DNA of 64,000 nt, from the NCBI RefSeq assembly GCF_009914755.1, contig NC_060937.1; one strand, given 5' to 3'. A program made the position numbers and the translations under genes. The notes under the pieces were generated by a model. It was given only the letters and a program-made list of their open reading frames with translations, made no database searches and was not told the DNA's origin. The stretch is from the human T2T-CHM13v2.0 reference genome, Homo sapiens. Shown here piece by piece: positions 31,852-46,730 of this stretch; position 1 is the first letter of the stretch; the number at the start of each line of letters is the position of its first letter.

Positions 31852-32258
31852 TGTTACAGGCTGAATTGTGTTCCTCCAAAATTCACGTCAAAGCTGTAAA
31901 TTCCCGAAATACAGGCACTTTGAATTGTAACTGTATGTAAAGATAAGGCCTCTAAAGAGGAAATTAAATAAAACAAGGTATTAGAGTAGATCTTAATTCA
32001 ATCTGACTGGATCAAGAAAAAGAAATTAGGACACACAGGGAGACACTGTTTACTCACAGAGAGAAAAATATCTCATAAGGACACAGTGAGAAGGTGGCCT
32101 TCTGCAAGCCAAAGATAGATGCCTCAGAAGAAATCAAACCCACAGATACCTTAATCTTGGACTTCTTAACCTTCAAAACTGCGTAAAAAATAAATTTTGA
32201 TTATTTAAGCTATTCAGTCTGTGGTATTTTGTTACAGTGGTCTTAACAAACTAATACA
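31852..32258 (+). mobile_element. MLT1A/MLT1B-type solo LTR
   Basis: tgttacaggctgaattgtgttcctccaaaattc...gtggtattttgttac...aaactaataca; 5-bp TSD gtaat. Confidence 0.9.
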
Positions 32259-32936
32259 GTAATTATATTCCTAAATGTTCTTAAATTCTTCATAATTAAC
32301 TGTCAGAGCTATGAATAAACACCAACTTATTGACATCCATTCTACATAAAATATCATTGTACAGTTTTCTCAGGTTTTGATGTACATTTCATGTTTATCA
32401 GGATATAGCTTCTGAACATGAAATAATGTAGAAACATGTATTTTTTTGAACAATTTTCCTTGACTGTGCTAGAAATAGTGAAGCCCATTCTTAGCTACAA
32501 GCCCGTTCTCAGCTCCTACCCCATTGTAAAAACAAACAAAAAATGCTACTCTAACTACGCTTTTGGAAGGGTCAGGTCTAACTTTAATGTAGTCAAATAC
32601 AATTATAATATATAAAGTGCGTATAGCTTTTTTTCCCTTTTTGTTACGGAGTGGAGTTTAAGTTCTTTTGAAGTTTATTATAAGTTTTTGAATAGCTAAT
32701 ATTTATGACATTATGGCAGTATGGCAGCTGACTGTGATTAGACTCCTTTGTAAACATTCTGATGATATTTACTAGGTAGAAAACCCAGAGACTTCTTTAT
32801 CAAGATATTTTTAACAGAATCCTCATATTTAATTTAGAATGGTTGCTGTAAATAATACCAGAATTTATGGATTTCTTAAACACAGCTGGAGAGGTTTGTC
32901 ACATAGTTCTTCCTCTGATGAGTGATCACCCAAGTA

Positions 32937-33554
<618 letters not shown>

Positions 33555-34329
33555 TATAAAAAAGTAAGATGCCCCAAAACTGAATTGCTTCATCTGAGAT
33601 GATGTATAATGCTCCCTTTATTAGTGCTCATCTGTTACTTCCAAACTAACTTGCATCACAGTTGTAGGAAAATGAAATTTAGGCACCTGCATTTATATAG
33701 GTCTGGTCTTCTTGAGAAAAAAAAGTCACATTCCCATTTAGTATCTACTTGTATCATTGGATTACATTTTATTAATTTGGAGTAAGCAAAATTTGTTGTT
33801 GAATAAGAAATATACTTCAAGTGAATATTTCTTAACAACTCAACACTTTTAATACTGTATTATAAATTCATTGCAGCTATGGCTTTGTCTTTTATAGCCA
33901 CGCAATCTAATGTCTGATACATTTTTCTGACGGGAGGACAAAAGGAAATGAAAGAGATGTAAAAAGAAAAAGATGACAACATTTTGTTACAATTACTCTC
34001 TCCTTATCTTTGGTATGAAGTTCCAAATGGCTTTAGGAATATTGTAGCAGACAAATCTTCCCAATGGAATTTGGAAGAATTCTATTTAGACCTAGGAAAC
34101 TGGCAAAGTGCGTAGGTAGGAAATTTCAAGCAAAAAGAACTTTAGCAAAATCTATAATTGGAAATTGTTACATGGGTTTCAAATAACAGAATGGAGAGGG
34201 AGACATTGATGGCATAATTAATAGCACATTATTGACCTCTAAAAGGTGAGAAATAGCCATTGTGACAACTACACCTTTGGTGAATCAGGTCAATTTTGGA
34301 TATATTCAATTTAATTAATGTTGATATGT

Positions 34330-34737
34330 AAATAACGCAGGGGTTAGGGGAACCAAACCTCTCTGCATTACAAAGTCTGTGTATAACTTTGATTCCCCAA
34401 AAATCTAACCATTAATAGCCTATTATTGACTAGAAGTTTACTAATAATACAAACAATTAATATATACTTTGTATGTTATATGTATTATTTACTGTATTCT
34501 TATAATAAACTAGGGGAAAGGAAATGTTAAGAAAATTATAAAGAAAAGAAATTATATTTACTCTTCATAAATAGAAACTGATCATTATAAAGGTCTTCAT
34601 CCCTGTCGTCTTCACGTTGAATAAGTTGAGGAGAAGGAGGATGAGGAGAGGTTGACCCTGTTGTCTCAGAGGATGCAAATCCCTGTGCAAGTGGATATGC
34701 ACACTTCAAACTGATGTTGTTGAAGGGTCAACTGTAC
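34330..34737. mobile_element. Tigger2-family (Tigger2a/MER28-like) DNA transposon
   Basis: Right TIR gttgttgaagggtcaactg followed by TA; internal gtataactttgattcccc and ataaaggtcttcatcc...cttcacgttga. Confidence 0.8.
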
Positions 34738-34949
34738 AGAAGTCCAAATTTTGAGCCAAAAATTCTTGAAAAGAAGGCTGAATTGTCACTTTAGTTAAAA
34801 CCATAGAATATAAAAACAATTGACTGAAGGATGGGAATGAACTCAGCCAATCCCTGGCATTTAAGTTCTTTTTAATGATATGGGCCAGAGGGCATAAGAA
34901 ATTACAAGATATGAAATGGCAATGTACACTAATCACTGTGAGTAGACAG

Positions 34950-35615
34950 AATATTCTAGAGTAAGTGGGGAAATTACAATGATACTGTGGTGAATTCTAC
35001 AATTTCACTTAAATTGAGAATTGGAAAACGTCAATGGAGAAAATATTCTGTGGTTGTGTTGCCTAATGAGAATGCGTAATTGAGGTGGCTATTATGTAGG
35101 GATTGAGGATTCTGTCTCTATTATTCTCTAATTGGAGATCAGCCAAATTTACTCTTTACACAATTTTAAGTGGGTATGCTAAATGTGAACTTGTGGAATG
35201 GCCCAGTCCCTCCCTATAATAAATTTAAACAATTCAGAAATCTGGGAAGGAAGCAAGAGGTCACTGCTATAATACAGGTAATGGTAAAAGTGGGAGCTTT
35301 GATTCTTACTAACTTTTCTTATTTCCCCAGCTGATCTATATGCAAGTCAGAAAGTACATAAAGACTGGGAGTGGATGATTAAGGATGAACATAATTGGTT
35401 TTCTTAATACCTTCAGCCATACTTAGCATGGTAAATAATGTACACTAAGGTTATTGGCTGAGTGGATTGACATTTGTATTAAACTTAGTCATTATATTTT
35501 CCATTTTATTTCTGAGTTCAGCTAAGAACAATTTCCATTTATGTGGAATAGACTTCAGGACATATTACATTTTTGCCAAAGAGATATTTGAATTTACTTT
35601 TGTACTATTACAATC
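34950..35615 (+). mobile_element. Decayed class III (ERVL-like) endogenous retrovirus pro-pol fragment
   Basis: Manual translation from 35227 gives KQFRNLGRKQEVTAIIQVMVKVGALILTNFSYFPS, later EQFPFMWNRLQ and FTFVLLQ, collinear with ERVL RT motifs KQYRIPGG..EISATIK.L..AGV.IPT and KQFAF.W.GQQYTFTVLPQ. Confidence 0.65.
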
Positions 35616-38244
35616 TAGTGGATCAAGACTTAGACTTGATAGCTCTTAAGGATAAATGGGTGTACTGCATAAACATTATCATAATAATTGCTTCCTTGGG
35701 AAACAAAAACACCAGAAGATTTAGGGGCTTTAATTACCCATAGAACAAATAGGGAGTAGCTGATAAATGTATTTGTTTTTCTTTCTTTATATATTTTTTT
35801 CTTCTTATGTCCAATCTTGAGACTATAGAGGAATATATCACTGCACAACAAATGACATCCATTTTACTGAATTTGGCCAAGTACAAGATGGTGATGAAAA
35901 ACAATGGAAAGCAGGTTGCCACTGCCTCCTGCTATTTCAGAGTTTGATCTTTCTTTTATATCAAATGTAAAAGTGGATAGAATACTAATATTTGTTTTAA
36001 AAAGTGACAATAGAACTCAGAGAGTCTAAAAGAGTGGGTATAGAGGTGAAATACAGGTTGCATGTCAGTAATGGCTCTCCTTTGGAGCTTTGGAGGGACT
36101 GCTTATGAGAGAGTCCGTATGGCACAATCAGACTTTGCTGTACTTAATGGCTTGAATGTACCCAGTTGACAGTTTCATTTGTCTTGAAATAATGTCGGGT
36201 AAATACTATTTGCCTAAATTGTACCAATAGTAGGAATTTTGGCTTTTCTCATTTAAAATAGTTTTTCTTTGTTACTTCAAATATTTTTGGTTTACATTTT
36301 TTGATGACATTAGTCAAAGACTTTGCATCTCTCTATATACAGATTTCAACCAGCTAAGACAGATTACTTAATAAAAGAGGGAAGTAAAACAGGTTTCTCA
36401 GCAAATTGAATCCAGAAAAGTGTGTCATATCAAAAATATTGTTTAAATATTCAAAATAAAAAATGTTTAGCTTTTCCAAAATAATTTGTTTGAGAAAATA
36501 TTCTGATGAGCAAAAAGGCATAAAGTGCTAAAATATTTAGTATGAGTGAGTCTTTTGATAATAACCTCTTAACATTCTCCAGGTTCCATCACATTCTTGT
36601 GTGTGTTTTTATCTCCCTTAACCAGGAAAAGACTTTTCTCCTCATACTTAACAATAAATGTCTTTGGATACGTAGAAAATATAAAGAAATGTGACCTCTT
36701 CTCTACTAATAAAGAAATTTATAAAATTTAATCAGTCATAAAAGTAATTATTTCACATACAGGAATCTGACTATGGGTCACCAAACTCTAATTTTTGGTC
36801 TAGTATAATTTTGCAATTTAACTTTAAGTAAAATTAACCAATTTATGGATAATTTTATGTACTTGGAATTATCACTCTTTATGAATGAATATATAAAATG
36901 CCCCTGTTTAAATACTCGATTTCAGAGATGTGATTTTGTTAAACCATTGTTTTGATAGTAAAAATATCCATAATTATTGTATTCCAAGGGTAGTGGGTGT
37001 AGACCATTTGATTTTGTAGAGTAGTTTGTACTATACTAAAGTTTGGGTTCTTTGTCCAGTAATGTAAAGCTGCAAGCTAAATATTATCAAGGTAATATAT
37101 AATTAAAATAATTGGTTTATTATATGTAATAATAATGTGAAGTTTTACAGTGAAATGTATATAATAAATGTATAGCTTTACAGTATGTACCATTCTTCTG
37201 AAGAAATATGTGTAAAAGTGGTAGTAAACAATGTATCAAACAAGGATATGAGAATGAGAAAATTCAGTATTGAATACTTGGACTAACCTTAGTTTTTCAA
37301 AATATTAGTTGCAATTTTTTATCACCATAAGCTTTGTGAAATGTAATGACCATGTAAAATTGTCTGTTTCAGTAAGATAAAAAAAGAACAAAATTCAAAA
37401 AAATGATATTCTGGTGACCTCAGAAGCACTGAGTTTTAAAAACATGTGGATAGTATCTAAGTAACACAATCCTTCCTACTTCCTATGTTTGTGCTAATAT
37501 TAAATGAGAAGGACAGACTACAAAGGTAATGACTAATAGGCTTAGTATGACCTTAACTGTATTTCCTTTACAATTTATTTGTTATGGGAAGTTAATTGTG
37601 CCACTTTCATTTAAAAAATCATTTATCCGACTTTCTTAATGCACATCCATGTAAATTTTGTATAGCTTCCCTTACTAGGCAAAGATATTCAGACCTTAAC
37701 ATCTAGATTTTTTCATTGCATACATGCAAAGTGTTAATTAGTAAAGCTTGAATTTCACAGACTCGTATTTAAACCCAAGAAACAACATTGTTTTTTACAA
37801 AAATAACAATCAACTAATATACATAAAATTTCAAGAAGTATAGGGCCATTTAAATGCTTTTACTTTTTTTTCCTCTTCTTCCTCTTCCTTCCTTCCACTG
37901 CCTGTATTTTTTTCACTTTGTTTTCATTCTCATTCTTATTTTCTCATGTTTTGAACTGATATTATCCTCTTGAACACTGTCACAATTCAAATTCATTGCT
38001 CCTCTCCACTTCAATAGCGGGCAGAAAACATAGTGCCTTCCTCTACAGCCATGGTTCAGGATTTAAATTCTGTCCTTTCCACCAAATAAGGGCATACCAT
38101 ATTGCTATTATAACCCATATACAGGGACTGTGGAAATATAAAATCCTAATATAGAACTTGGACATTATTTAATAAATTAGTGAATCAGTTAAAGAATAAA
38201 TTTAAAAAACTGCAGCATATATACAAAATGTCAAATAGAATAAC

Positions 38245-40400
38245 TTCCAAGGACTTTCAGTTAAATATGGAAGTAGGCACATTTACCTCTATTGTCCCCA
38301 AAATAATGCCAAAATGATACTAAAAAATAAGAAAGCTGAAATACTCATAAATGCAAAGAGAATGGTAGAAGAAACAGTAATGTATAACAGTTATAAAAAC
38401 AATTATTTTAAGATGAAGCATGTGTAGAAGAGATGAAGAAACTGAGAATGTTATGTTGCAGAGGAGTTTATTAATGAGAAGAAACAGAAGGTAAGGCATT
38501 TGGTTAAAAGCCTTGGGATTGCTTGAAAACCTTTAGAAATATATTGTCAAATGCAGATTTTACTTAGCCTCCCCAAACAGGTCATTTCTGTACTAACCAC
38601 ATGAAACGCAGAAGAATTTGAAACATACATTTTCTAGACTCAGTTACCTAAAGCACAACAGAGAAGATGAATAAGGGACAGGCAAAAATGGGAGGATTAG
38701 ATACATAGTTACATGCTTATTAGCAGCAATTCTGCCTCCTTTCCCTTATCAGTAGACAAGAGATTTAGGCCTCAAAGAACTTTTGCAAATAAACTCTGAA
38801 ATCATAAAAAAAGAGACTTGGCTTAATTTATGAGAAACAATGAGCAAAATCAGTGTCATTAAGTAAATGTCTATACGCCCGCATGTTATATGGTTCAAGG
38901 TTTATCTCTGTGCCAGGAGACTATGCCAATAGGCAGAAGACTGGGTACTCTTATTCAGAAGTGAAGAAGAGTTCTGCAGATTGAAGCTATAAATGAGGGT
39001 CCCCTCAACAATATCAATATGAAGCCCCCAAATGGGCATGTTCTACCCATTAAGTAAAAATGTAAATAACAGAGAGCAAAGTAAATTAAATATAGAAGTA
39101 GAAAGAATCAGTAATAGAGCAGGTACAGAAGAAAACACAGGACATTAACAATGAACTATAACTGGATAATATTTTTTAAATGAACAGAAAATAAGAATCA
39201 AACTCTATAATTTTAAATGACAACAAAATATTTATCATAATATTAAAGTCTGAAAAACTCTCAGAATAAAAAATTAAAAGCAAAAATTTCACTCCTCTCT
39301 CCTACTCTTTCTCCTCTCTAGTAACTGTAATACTATTCTACTCTCTAATTAAATGAAATTAACTTTTTAGCTTTCATATGTGAGAATATTCAGTATGTAT
39401 CTCTCTGTGCCTGGCTAATTTCACATAACATAATTGTTCTCCAAGCTCATCTGTGTTAGTGTGAATGACAGAATTTCATTATTTTTTATGGATAAGTAGT
39501 ATTCTGTTGTGTACACATAACACATTTTCTTTATCCATTCATTTGCCAATGAACACAGCATAATTCCATATTTTGGCTATTGTGATATTCCCAACACAAA
39601 GCAATGATAAATGTTTGAGGCAATGACTATACTCATTACTCTAATTTGATCATTACACAGTATACACACGTATTGGAATATTACACTGTACTCCATAAAT
39701 ATGTACAATTAGTATGTATCAATTAAAATAATAAAAAAGGAACAAAAAGCAAACATTGCAAAAGCTTAGCTAAAAAATGCAAAAAATCAAAGAGCTAAAA
39801 ATGAGGCAAAGAACAAGAAAATTGAGAGAACGAATCTCTGTGGTCCAGTATCCAATTATGAGAATCTGTAAAGTGAGAAATGTTCAAAAATACTTTCATT
39901 GAATCTCCTCCATAACTATTTTTAAAATATCACCAATGGCATATCTCTGAGAAATTTTATAACTGAGAGGTTTTCTTTAATAGTAAAATATTCTGGAGAA
40001 TGGAAAATTGGATTGGAGAAGCAAAACAGTACTTAGGATTCCTAAGAGCAATACTGGAACTAGAAAGCAATAGAATAAATTATTCAGAAATTCTTAGTTG
40101 TAAACATTATTTTCAACTAAGAATTTTATACCCATGCAAAGGAAAAGGCAGAATAAAGGTAATTTAAAATATCAATATGTCAAAACTTTATCTTCATAAT
40201 TTTTTAGCAAACTAATAGATTGACTTTTTCTTAAAATATCTAGAATAAACCAAGAAAGCGGAAATATATCAATGTTTGGATGAAAAATACAGAGATCCAA
40301 CACAGGAGTGATACAAAGGAAAGTCTATAAATTTCACCCGAGGAGTAGGTCTCCAGAATGGAATAGGTGAATTTAGATCCTTATGCAAATAATGAGACAA
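38245..40400 (+). mobile_element. Ancient L1M 5'/ORF1-like remnant
   Basis: A-rich strand bias; ggaactagaaagcaatagaata and ttttcaactaagaattttataccca resemble the L1M ORF1 C-terminal region. Confidence 0.5.
39289..39744 (+). mobile_element. Short 5'-inverted L1MA-type insertion
   Basis: Antisense piece 39289-~39585 joined to sense 3' end ~39586-39744 (ttcccaacacaaagcaatgataaatgtttgagg...). TSD aaaagcaaaaatt / aaaagcaaacatt. Confidence 0.8.
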
Positions 40401-41009
40401 ATATTTGAAATGTTTGAATTCAGAATAATAAAGACTGAAAACAAATACACAGTTTGGAAATAAGTAGAGATAAACACATAAAAGACAAGTAAATGAAATG
40501 GCAATTTTTAAATAGTAAAAAATTATAAGAAAAATATATAGTGAATATTCTCAGTAGAAAACTTATTTGGAAAGATATGTTAAAGCAAGTACACAATAAA
40601 TATTGGCTTCCTAAATTAATACATGAATAAATGAATGTACGATTATCAATCACAATCAATTAAAAAATCATCTTAAATTATACTGTGGAAAGTGACAAAG
40701 ACTTGAAGTGGTGCACATATGTATCAAAATTATGGGCATAATTGGAAAAATATAAACAAAAATTAAAATTTTTAAATTATCTGTATAGAAGACATTCTGT
40801 GTATACTTTTAATTTTTTATAAAATTAATCTTTTGTACCTTAAAATCTAGAATATTCAAGAAATAGTAGACAAGAGAAATCAAGGTGTGTTATAGAAATT
40901 GCCATGTAGACATAAATAAAATGTGATTAACCAAATTAGTAAAATAAGGCATTATAAAATGTAATAAAATTAAGGATAAAATTAACATTGAAGGACTTGC
41001 TATTACCAA

Positions 41010-41190
41010 AGGGCCAGAGCTAGAATGAGGCAGGTGCAGCACTTGCCTGAAGTAAAAAATTTAGGGTTTTTTCAAGTAACTTCATGATTAAGATGAACAA
41101 TATTTTAATGCAAACTTTTTTTGAAAACTAAAATGTAATCCAAAAAGGCCATGATAAGCAAAATATCACTTTTTAAAACTTTTAAATGTA
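41010..41190. mobile_element. Possible hAT-Tip100 (Arthur/MER45-like) fragment
   Basis: gggccagagctagaatgaggcaggtgcagcacttgcc and aatattttaatgcaa...ccatgataagcaaaatatca. Confidence 0.35.
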
Positions 41191-41528
41191 CCAGTGAATT
41201 GCCATCACTGCTATGTATGTGGTAAGTGTGGAATAACATTTTATTACTAAGGATAACTGAGGAGACTGAACCATAACTTCAGCAGCAGTGGTAGTGACAA
41301 CAGGGATGATAACACTGATAGGGTCCAAGTAGGACAAAGTGCAAGAGACTCACAGGTTATGATGTGTCCACTTCTGTTTAGTCCCCTCTCAATAGCGTTT
41401 GTGTCAAAGACTTAGAAACTAAGTAGAATATGAGCATAACATCTGATTTTTGGTGAGTGGTGGAGGCCCTCTCACTACTACCACAAGAAATGACTGTTGT
41501 AGCAAGACTGTGAACCCTCCTGGCAGAG

Positions 41529-41562
<34 letters not shown>
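41529..41562. repeat. (ATT)n microsatellite
   Basis: About 11 perfect ATT units. Confidence 0.95.
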
Positions 41563-41566
<4 letters not shown>

Positions 41567-43944
41567 GTCTTCCAGTAGTTTGAGCATCATTCAAGGTGAT
41601 TCAAGTTTGCACCTGAGAGCTCAATCTAGAAGTCTCAGGAATCATCACTATTGGTCAATGGTTCACATAGGCCAAATATGTAATTAAAAGACAAAAAGAA
41701 AACTCTTGGTAATTTTCAATTGTGTTCATGGTTCTTGTACATTATGGTGTGAGATGAGGGGCACTGAGGAGCAGGGAAGCACATTTACTGCAAATCCAAG
41801 GATCCAAGGACCACATTTAAGGAATTTCCAACAATGGTTATGTGAGGATATTGAAGAAATCTCTATAAAAATATTAAGTCCAATTGACCCATACTATCAT
41901 TCCAGGGGTCTATAAATACACCAAAGGCAGAGAGCAATTAAAGAAGCATTTATTCATGTAAAACTGCATAGATCATCATGAAAGTAAATCACTGATCTGT
42001 GACATTCTTAACAAAGCCCACTCCTATTTCCCCATAGTTGATATAAGAATGTGGTGGTGCTCAAACAGCTATGATCAAAGAATGGGAAAACACAGTTTTG
42101 TCTTCTATTAGTAGTGAACTTGATAGGAAACAAATGGGTAAAAATCGATTTTCTAGCCCAAGGTTGTGGTCTTAGTTTGAGTAAGTGCAGACAAGCAAGC
42201 AATTTGACCAGGAGATCCTAAAATTAAAGACTCATAGAATGACTGTATATACTCCCCACAAATACCTAGTTACTGGGAAACTGCACACATGCCTGGAAGA
42301 AACCCAAAAGGCCGTGGCAGAGGGTGAAGGCTGTGGAAGACTTGACAAGTCGTTGAGCATTGAATGTGCCTCCCAAAGTGACACAGTAGAGACTGGAAGC
42401 CTTGAAAGCTTGAGATGTTTGACGGCAACCTCTCCCAAATCCTTGCCTGAACAATAAACTGCACAGATACAAGATTTATCCTTGGAAATCAGGCTAACAC
42501 ACACAAAAAACATGAACATAAGCATCACATAAAAACATCACTAAACATGGAAAAACAGAAAATAGAGTATAGGAGTCCTAAGTTAGTTTAGGTTCAGATA
42601 AATCATTTGGGAAAAAAAAAAAAAAATCAAAAGAATATGTGACCCATGCTCAGTGACTAGAAACCAACTCTGAGTGGGCTGGGATGTTGGCTTGATTAGA
42701 CAAACGCCCACAGATATCAAGAAATAGGTTTAAAGAATTTAGAAATATGTTCTCTTATAAACATGTTCAAACAATTTAAAAAAATATGATTAGAGTATCA
42801 CTTCTGCTAAATATATATTTTTTTCTAAGTTCTATTTAAACAATAGGTAAGAAGAAATAATTTAACAACTGGCAAATTGAACTTTATTAGTGCAAAAAGT
42901 AAAATGACTTTAAATATGAAAACATTTTAAAAAGTTAAAGTAATAATTATAAGAAAAAAGTACAGTAAACATGTTTTTGGTGAGTCGGTTACATTTTGAT
43001 GTCATTTTCCAATGGTATAATATGAGATAGGATACTGGGGTAAATTTTTATTTTTATAATACTTAAACTCTTCCTTTATGAGCTTTAATAATAACTTCAA
43101 AATATATTAAATAATATCTGTATTAAAGTTAGGTCACTGGTGTTTATCATGATCACATACCAGTTATTTTCAGTACTGATTATATTTTATTTAAACAAAT
43201 TTCTTTTTGGTTATTTTGTTAAAAATAACATTCAAGCAACTTAACTTGATAAGAAATATTATGTAAATTAGGACAAACACATGCCATTAAATGAAAGACT
43301 TTAAAAAGTAGAACGACCTCTGTAGAATTAAAATTAGAATGAATAATCCCCCAGCTGTTATTATTTCACATGGAATATGTGTGTTTCAGCTGAAACACTT
43401 GGGATTTCTAATTGTTCACAGCCAAAATCCATTTGATTTCTCTAATCTATTTTTCTTCTTTGATCTCCTGTGATCTGCAGTACAGTGATGTATTAGTGGT
43501 TTTTATTAATGATAATTTTTGCCTACTATGGAAATTAATATCCAAATATCTGAGCTTTGCATATGAGTGTATAAAACCATCAGAGCTCTGAGTGAAGGCC
43601 CTTTCTTTTGCACAAGTGCTATTCTTAAAAACAAGGCTGCAGTACGTAAGGATACACTATTACTAAGAGATAGGGAATCATATTTTGCAAGGACAAATTT
43701 GCTTTAAATGTCTTTAATGTCCATGCTATGGATTGAAGTTTCTCAAACTGATGATCATGAACAGTTCTCTGAAATGTTATCTGAATTTATGCAGACAAAA
43801 TTGTATACATAAGTGTATAAATAAATGTGTCTATCTCTTAGGAGTGAGAGAGACACAGGTCTCAGAGGAGTGCATAAACCCTAATAACATAAAAATCTAA
43901 ACAACTCTTTGGGTGAGCTTATATCAACCCAAGAGTTTGTTTAC

Positions 43945-44062
43945 ATATATATGTGTGTGTGAATACATATATGTCTCTGTGTGTGTGTACGTGTATATAT
44001 CTCTGTGTGTGTATATATATCTCTGTGTGTGTATATATATATCTGTGTGTGTATATATATGT
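43945..44062. repeat. Compound (TA)n(TC)(TG)n repeat of ~20-bp period
   Basis: Repeated tatatatctctgtgtgtg units. Confidence 0.85.
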
Positions 44063-44253
44063 ATAATTCTAACTTTAGTGGGTAGACTTAAACAACATAT
44101 TCTATGTGATAGTGATTAGTCTCTATCTGTCAAGGTACTCCAAGAAGGAACTTAGTATTTTGAGTAGATGTAGTATTTAAATTGCTGGATCATATGCTAA
44201 ACAGTCAAACCAAAAAATTCTCATATCAGTTACATGGGCATGAACTATTACTG

Positions 44254-44362
44254 TTTTTTATTTTTTATTTTATTTTATTTTTTATACAGGGTCTTGTTCT
44301 GTCTCCCAGGCTAGAGTGCAGTGGTGCCATCTTGGCTCACTGCAACCTCTGCCTCCTGGGTT
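44254..44362 (-). mobile_element. Alu 3' fragment (AluJ-like)
   Basis: T-rich tail, then acagggtcttgttctgtctcccaggctagagtgcagtgg...gcctcctgggtt, ending abruptly. Confidence 0.88.
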
Positions 44363-46730
44363 AACATGCATGCTTACATATATAAACATGTTCATACAAT
44401 ACTTGCATATGTTAACATACACACATGCACCTGTCAAAATATATGTACATTAACACACACATTAACATGTATGCAGGCGCATGCACTCATACATGTTTAC
44501 ATGCACACATACATATATTAACATACATGAATATACTCACAAACATATGCTGACATATGTAAGCACATGCATGCATATGCTAGCACACACACGCATATAT
44601 TAACATCTATTTACACACATACACGTATATGTTATCATATTTCCAAACATATACATCTTTAACATACATGCAATTGCACAGATGCATGTTAAGATATATG
44701 TAGATACATATTCATTTGTATGTATATGCACACACATTCACATGTAAACATATGTGTATATACACACATGTTAATATATATGAATGCACCTATAGGCATG
44801 TATTTATTAACATGTACTTACACACTTGCTTGTGTTAACTTATATGTAAGTATATATATATGCATATATTAACAAAAATATACACACAAACATATTAAGA
44901 TATGTGGACGTACACCCATCCACACTTTAACATATATGTATAAGCACACATACAAATGCTACTATATACTTTAACATACACAAGTTAAAACGTATGTACA
45001 TGCATTGACACACACATGTGTTAACACTTATGTACATATACATGTTTATTAACATACAGACACATATGTCCATACATATATGCAAACTCATACCTGTTAT
45101 CACATATGCACACACATACATGTGAACTTGCATGTATACATATACATACGCACATACATGCTAATACACATGTACATACACGCATGAACATGCTGACATA
45201 TATTCACATGCACACACCCATACAGTTGAACATTTATGTACGATCCATCACACATGCATATGTTAATATATACATATACATGTGTTGATATATATTCGCT
45301 TATGTGCATTCATATGTTAACATGTGTACACGTACACATACATATGTTTACATGTATGTGGACACACATGTGTCAACATATTTGTGCACACACATGCTCA
45401 CTTGCCTACATATATTCACATATATGTACATAAACACATACATGTTTACATGCCTGCTACTACACACCTATATTTTAACATGCATGTATTTACATACACA
45501 CATAAATATGTTGAAATATATGCACACACACGCATGCATACATATGTTAACATGTACACACATATTAACATATTTATGTACACACATGTTTACTGTCACA
45601 TGAATATTTTAACACATATGTACATACATACACAAATGTACATACACACGTTAATATATACGTAATTGCACTCATATGTTAACGTATCTGTGCATACATA
45701 CACACACATGTTAACATATGTTTATGTACATACGTCATCACAAACACATGAATGTTGTAACATATTCACATACATAAATATGTTAACATACAGGTACATG
45801 CGTACATGCATGTTAACATGCATGTAATTGCACACATATGTGTTAACATATGTTGATGCATGCACAACTTCATATGTTAGATATACATACACTCGTAGAC
45901 ATATTTACATACACGCATATGCCAACATATGTGTGCTTGCACAGTTATATATTTCAACATATATTCTTACATACAGACATTCATGTTAACATATTAATAC
46001 ACACATATACGCATACATTTTACCATAGTTGCGTGTACAGACATACATATGTTTATATATATGCGTACACATATACATGTTATGATATATGTACATACTT
46101 ACACATATAAACGTTGATATATATTTACATGCATGTGCATGCCTGTTACCCTGTATATGCGTGCATATTCATGTACATATGTTAACATATGTTAACTTGT
46201 ATATATATACATATTGCACACATATCTTAACATAGAGGTAGCTACACACATTAACATATATGTCGTTGTATAACCACTTGCACATGTTTATGTATATGTA
46301 TGTACACACATACACCAGTTAAAATACATGTACATACACACATACATAAGTTAACATAAGCACATAAACACATACTTGTTAACACATTTGCTCATACACA
46401 GTTATGTTAACATATATGTACATACACACATGTGTTAAAATATATGTACAGACATACATATTCGTGCTAACATATACGTAAGTACACATATATTTATATA
46501 CACATGTTATATATGTTCATACATATATTTAATATACATTTACACACATATATGTTAATATAAGTGTATATACACAGCCATATATTTTTAATATATCTGT
46601 ATTTACATACACACATATATGTTTAAATATACACTCATATACATGCGTATATACGTGTGTATATATATACACTTACAAATATGTGTGTGTATGTTTGTAT
46701 GTATATATATTTATATTTATATATATACAT
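44360..46730. repeat. 2.4-kb degenerate CA/TA/TG tandem repeat punctuated by (tg)ttaacat
   Basis: Alternating purine-pyrimidine sequence throughout with a recurring gttaacat/attaacat motif. The His/Thr/Met-rich ORFs here are artefacts. Confidence 0.92.

Noticed and set aside
43381-43398. Perfect 18-bp palindrome gtgtttcagctgaaacac centred on an E-box
   Set aside because: A rough estimate gives on the order of one such palindrome by chance in 64 kb of AT-rich DNA; no supporting context.
44321-46110. His/Thr/Met/Tyr-rich ORFs
   Set aside because: Translation artefacts of CA/TA repeats, present in multiple frames on both strands.
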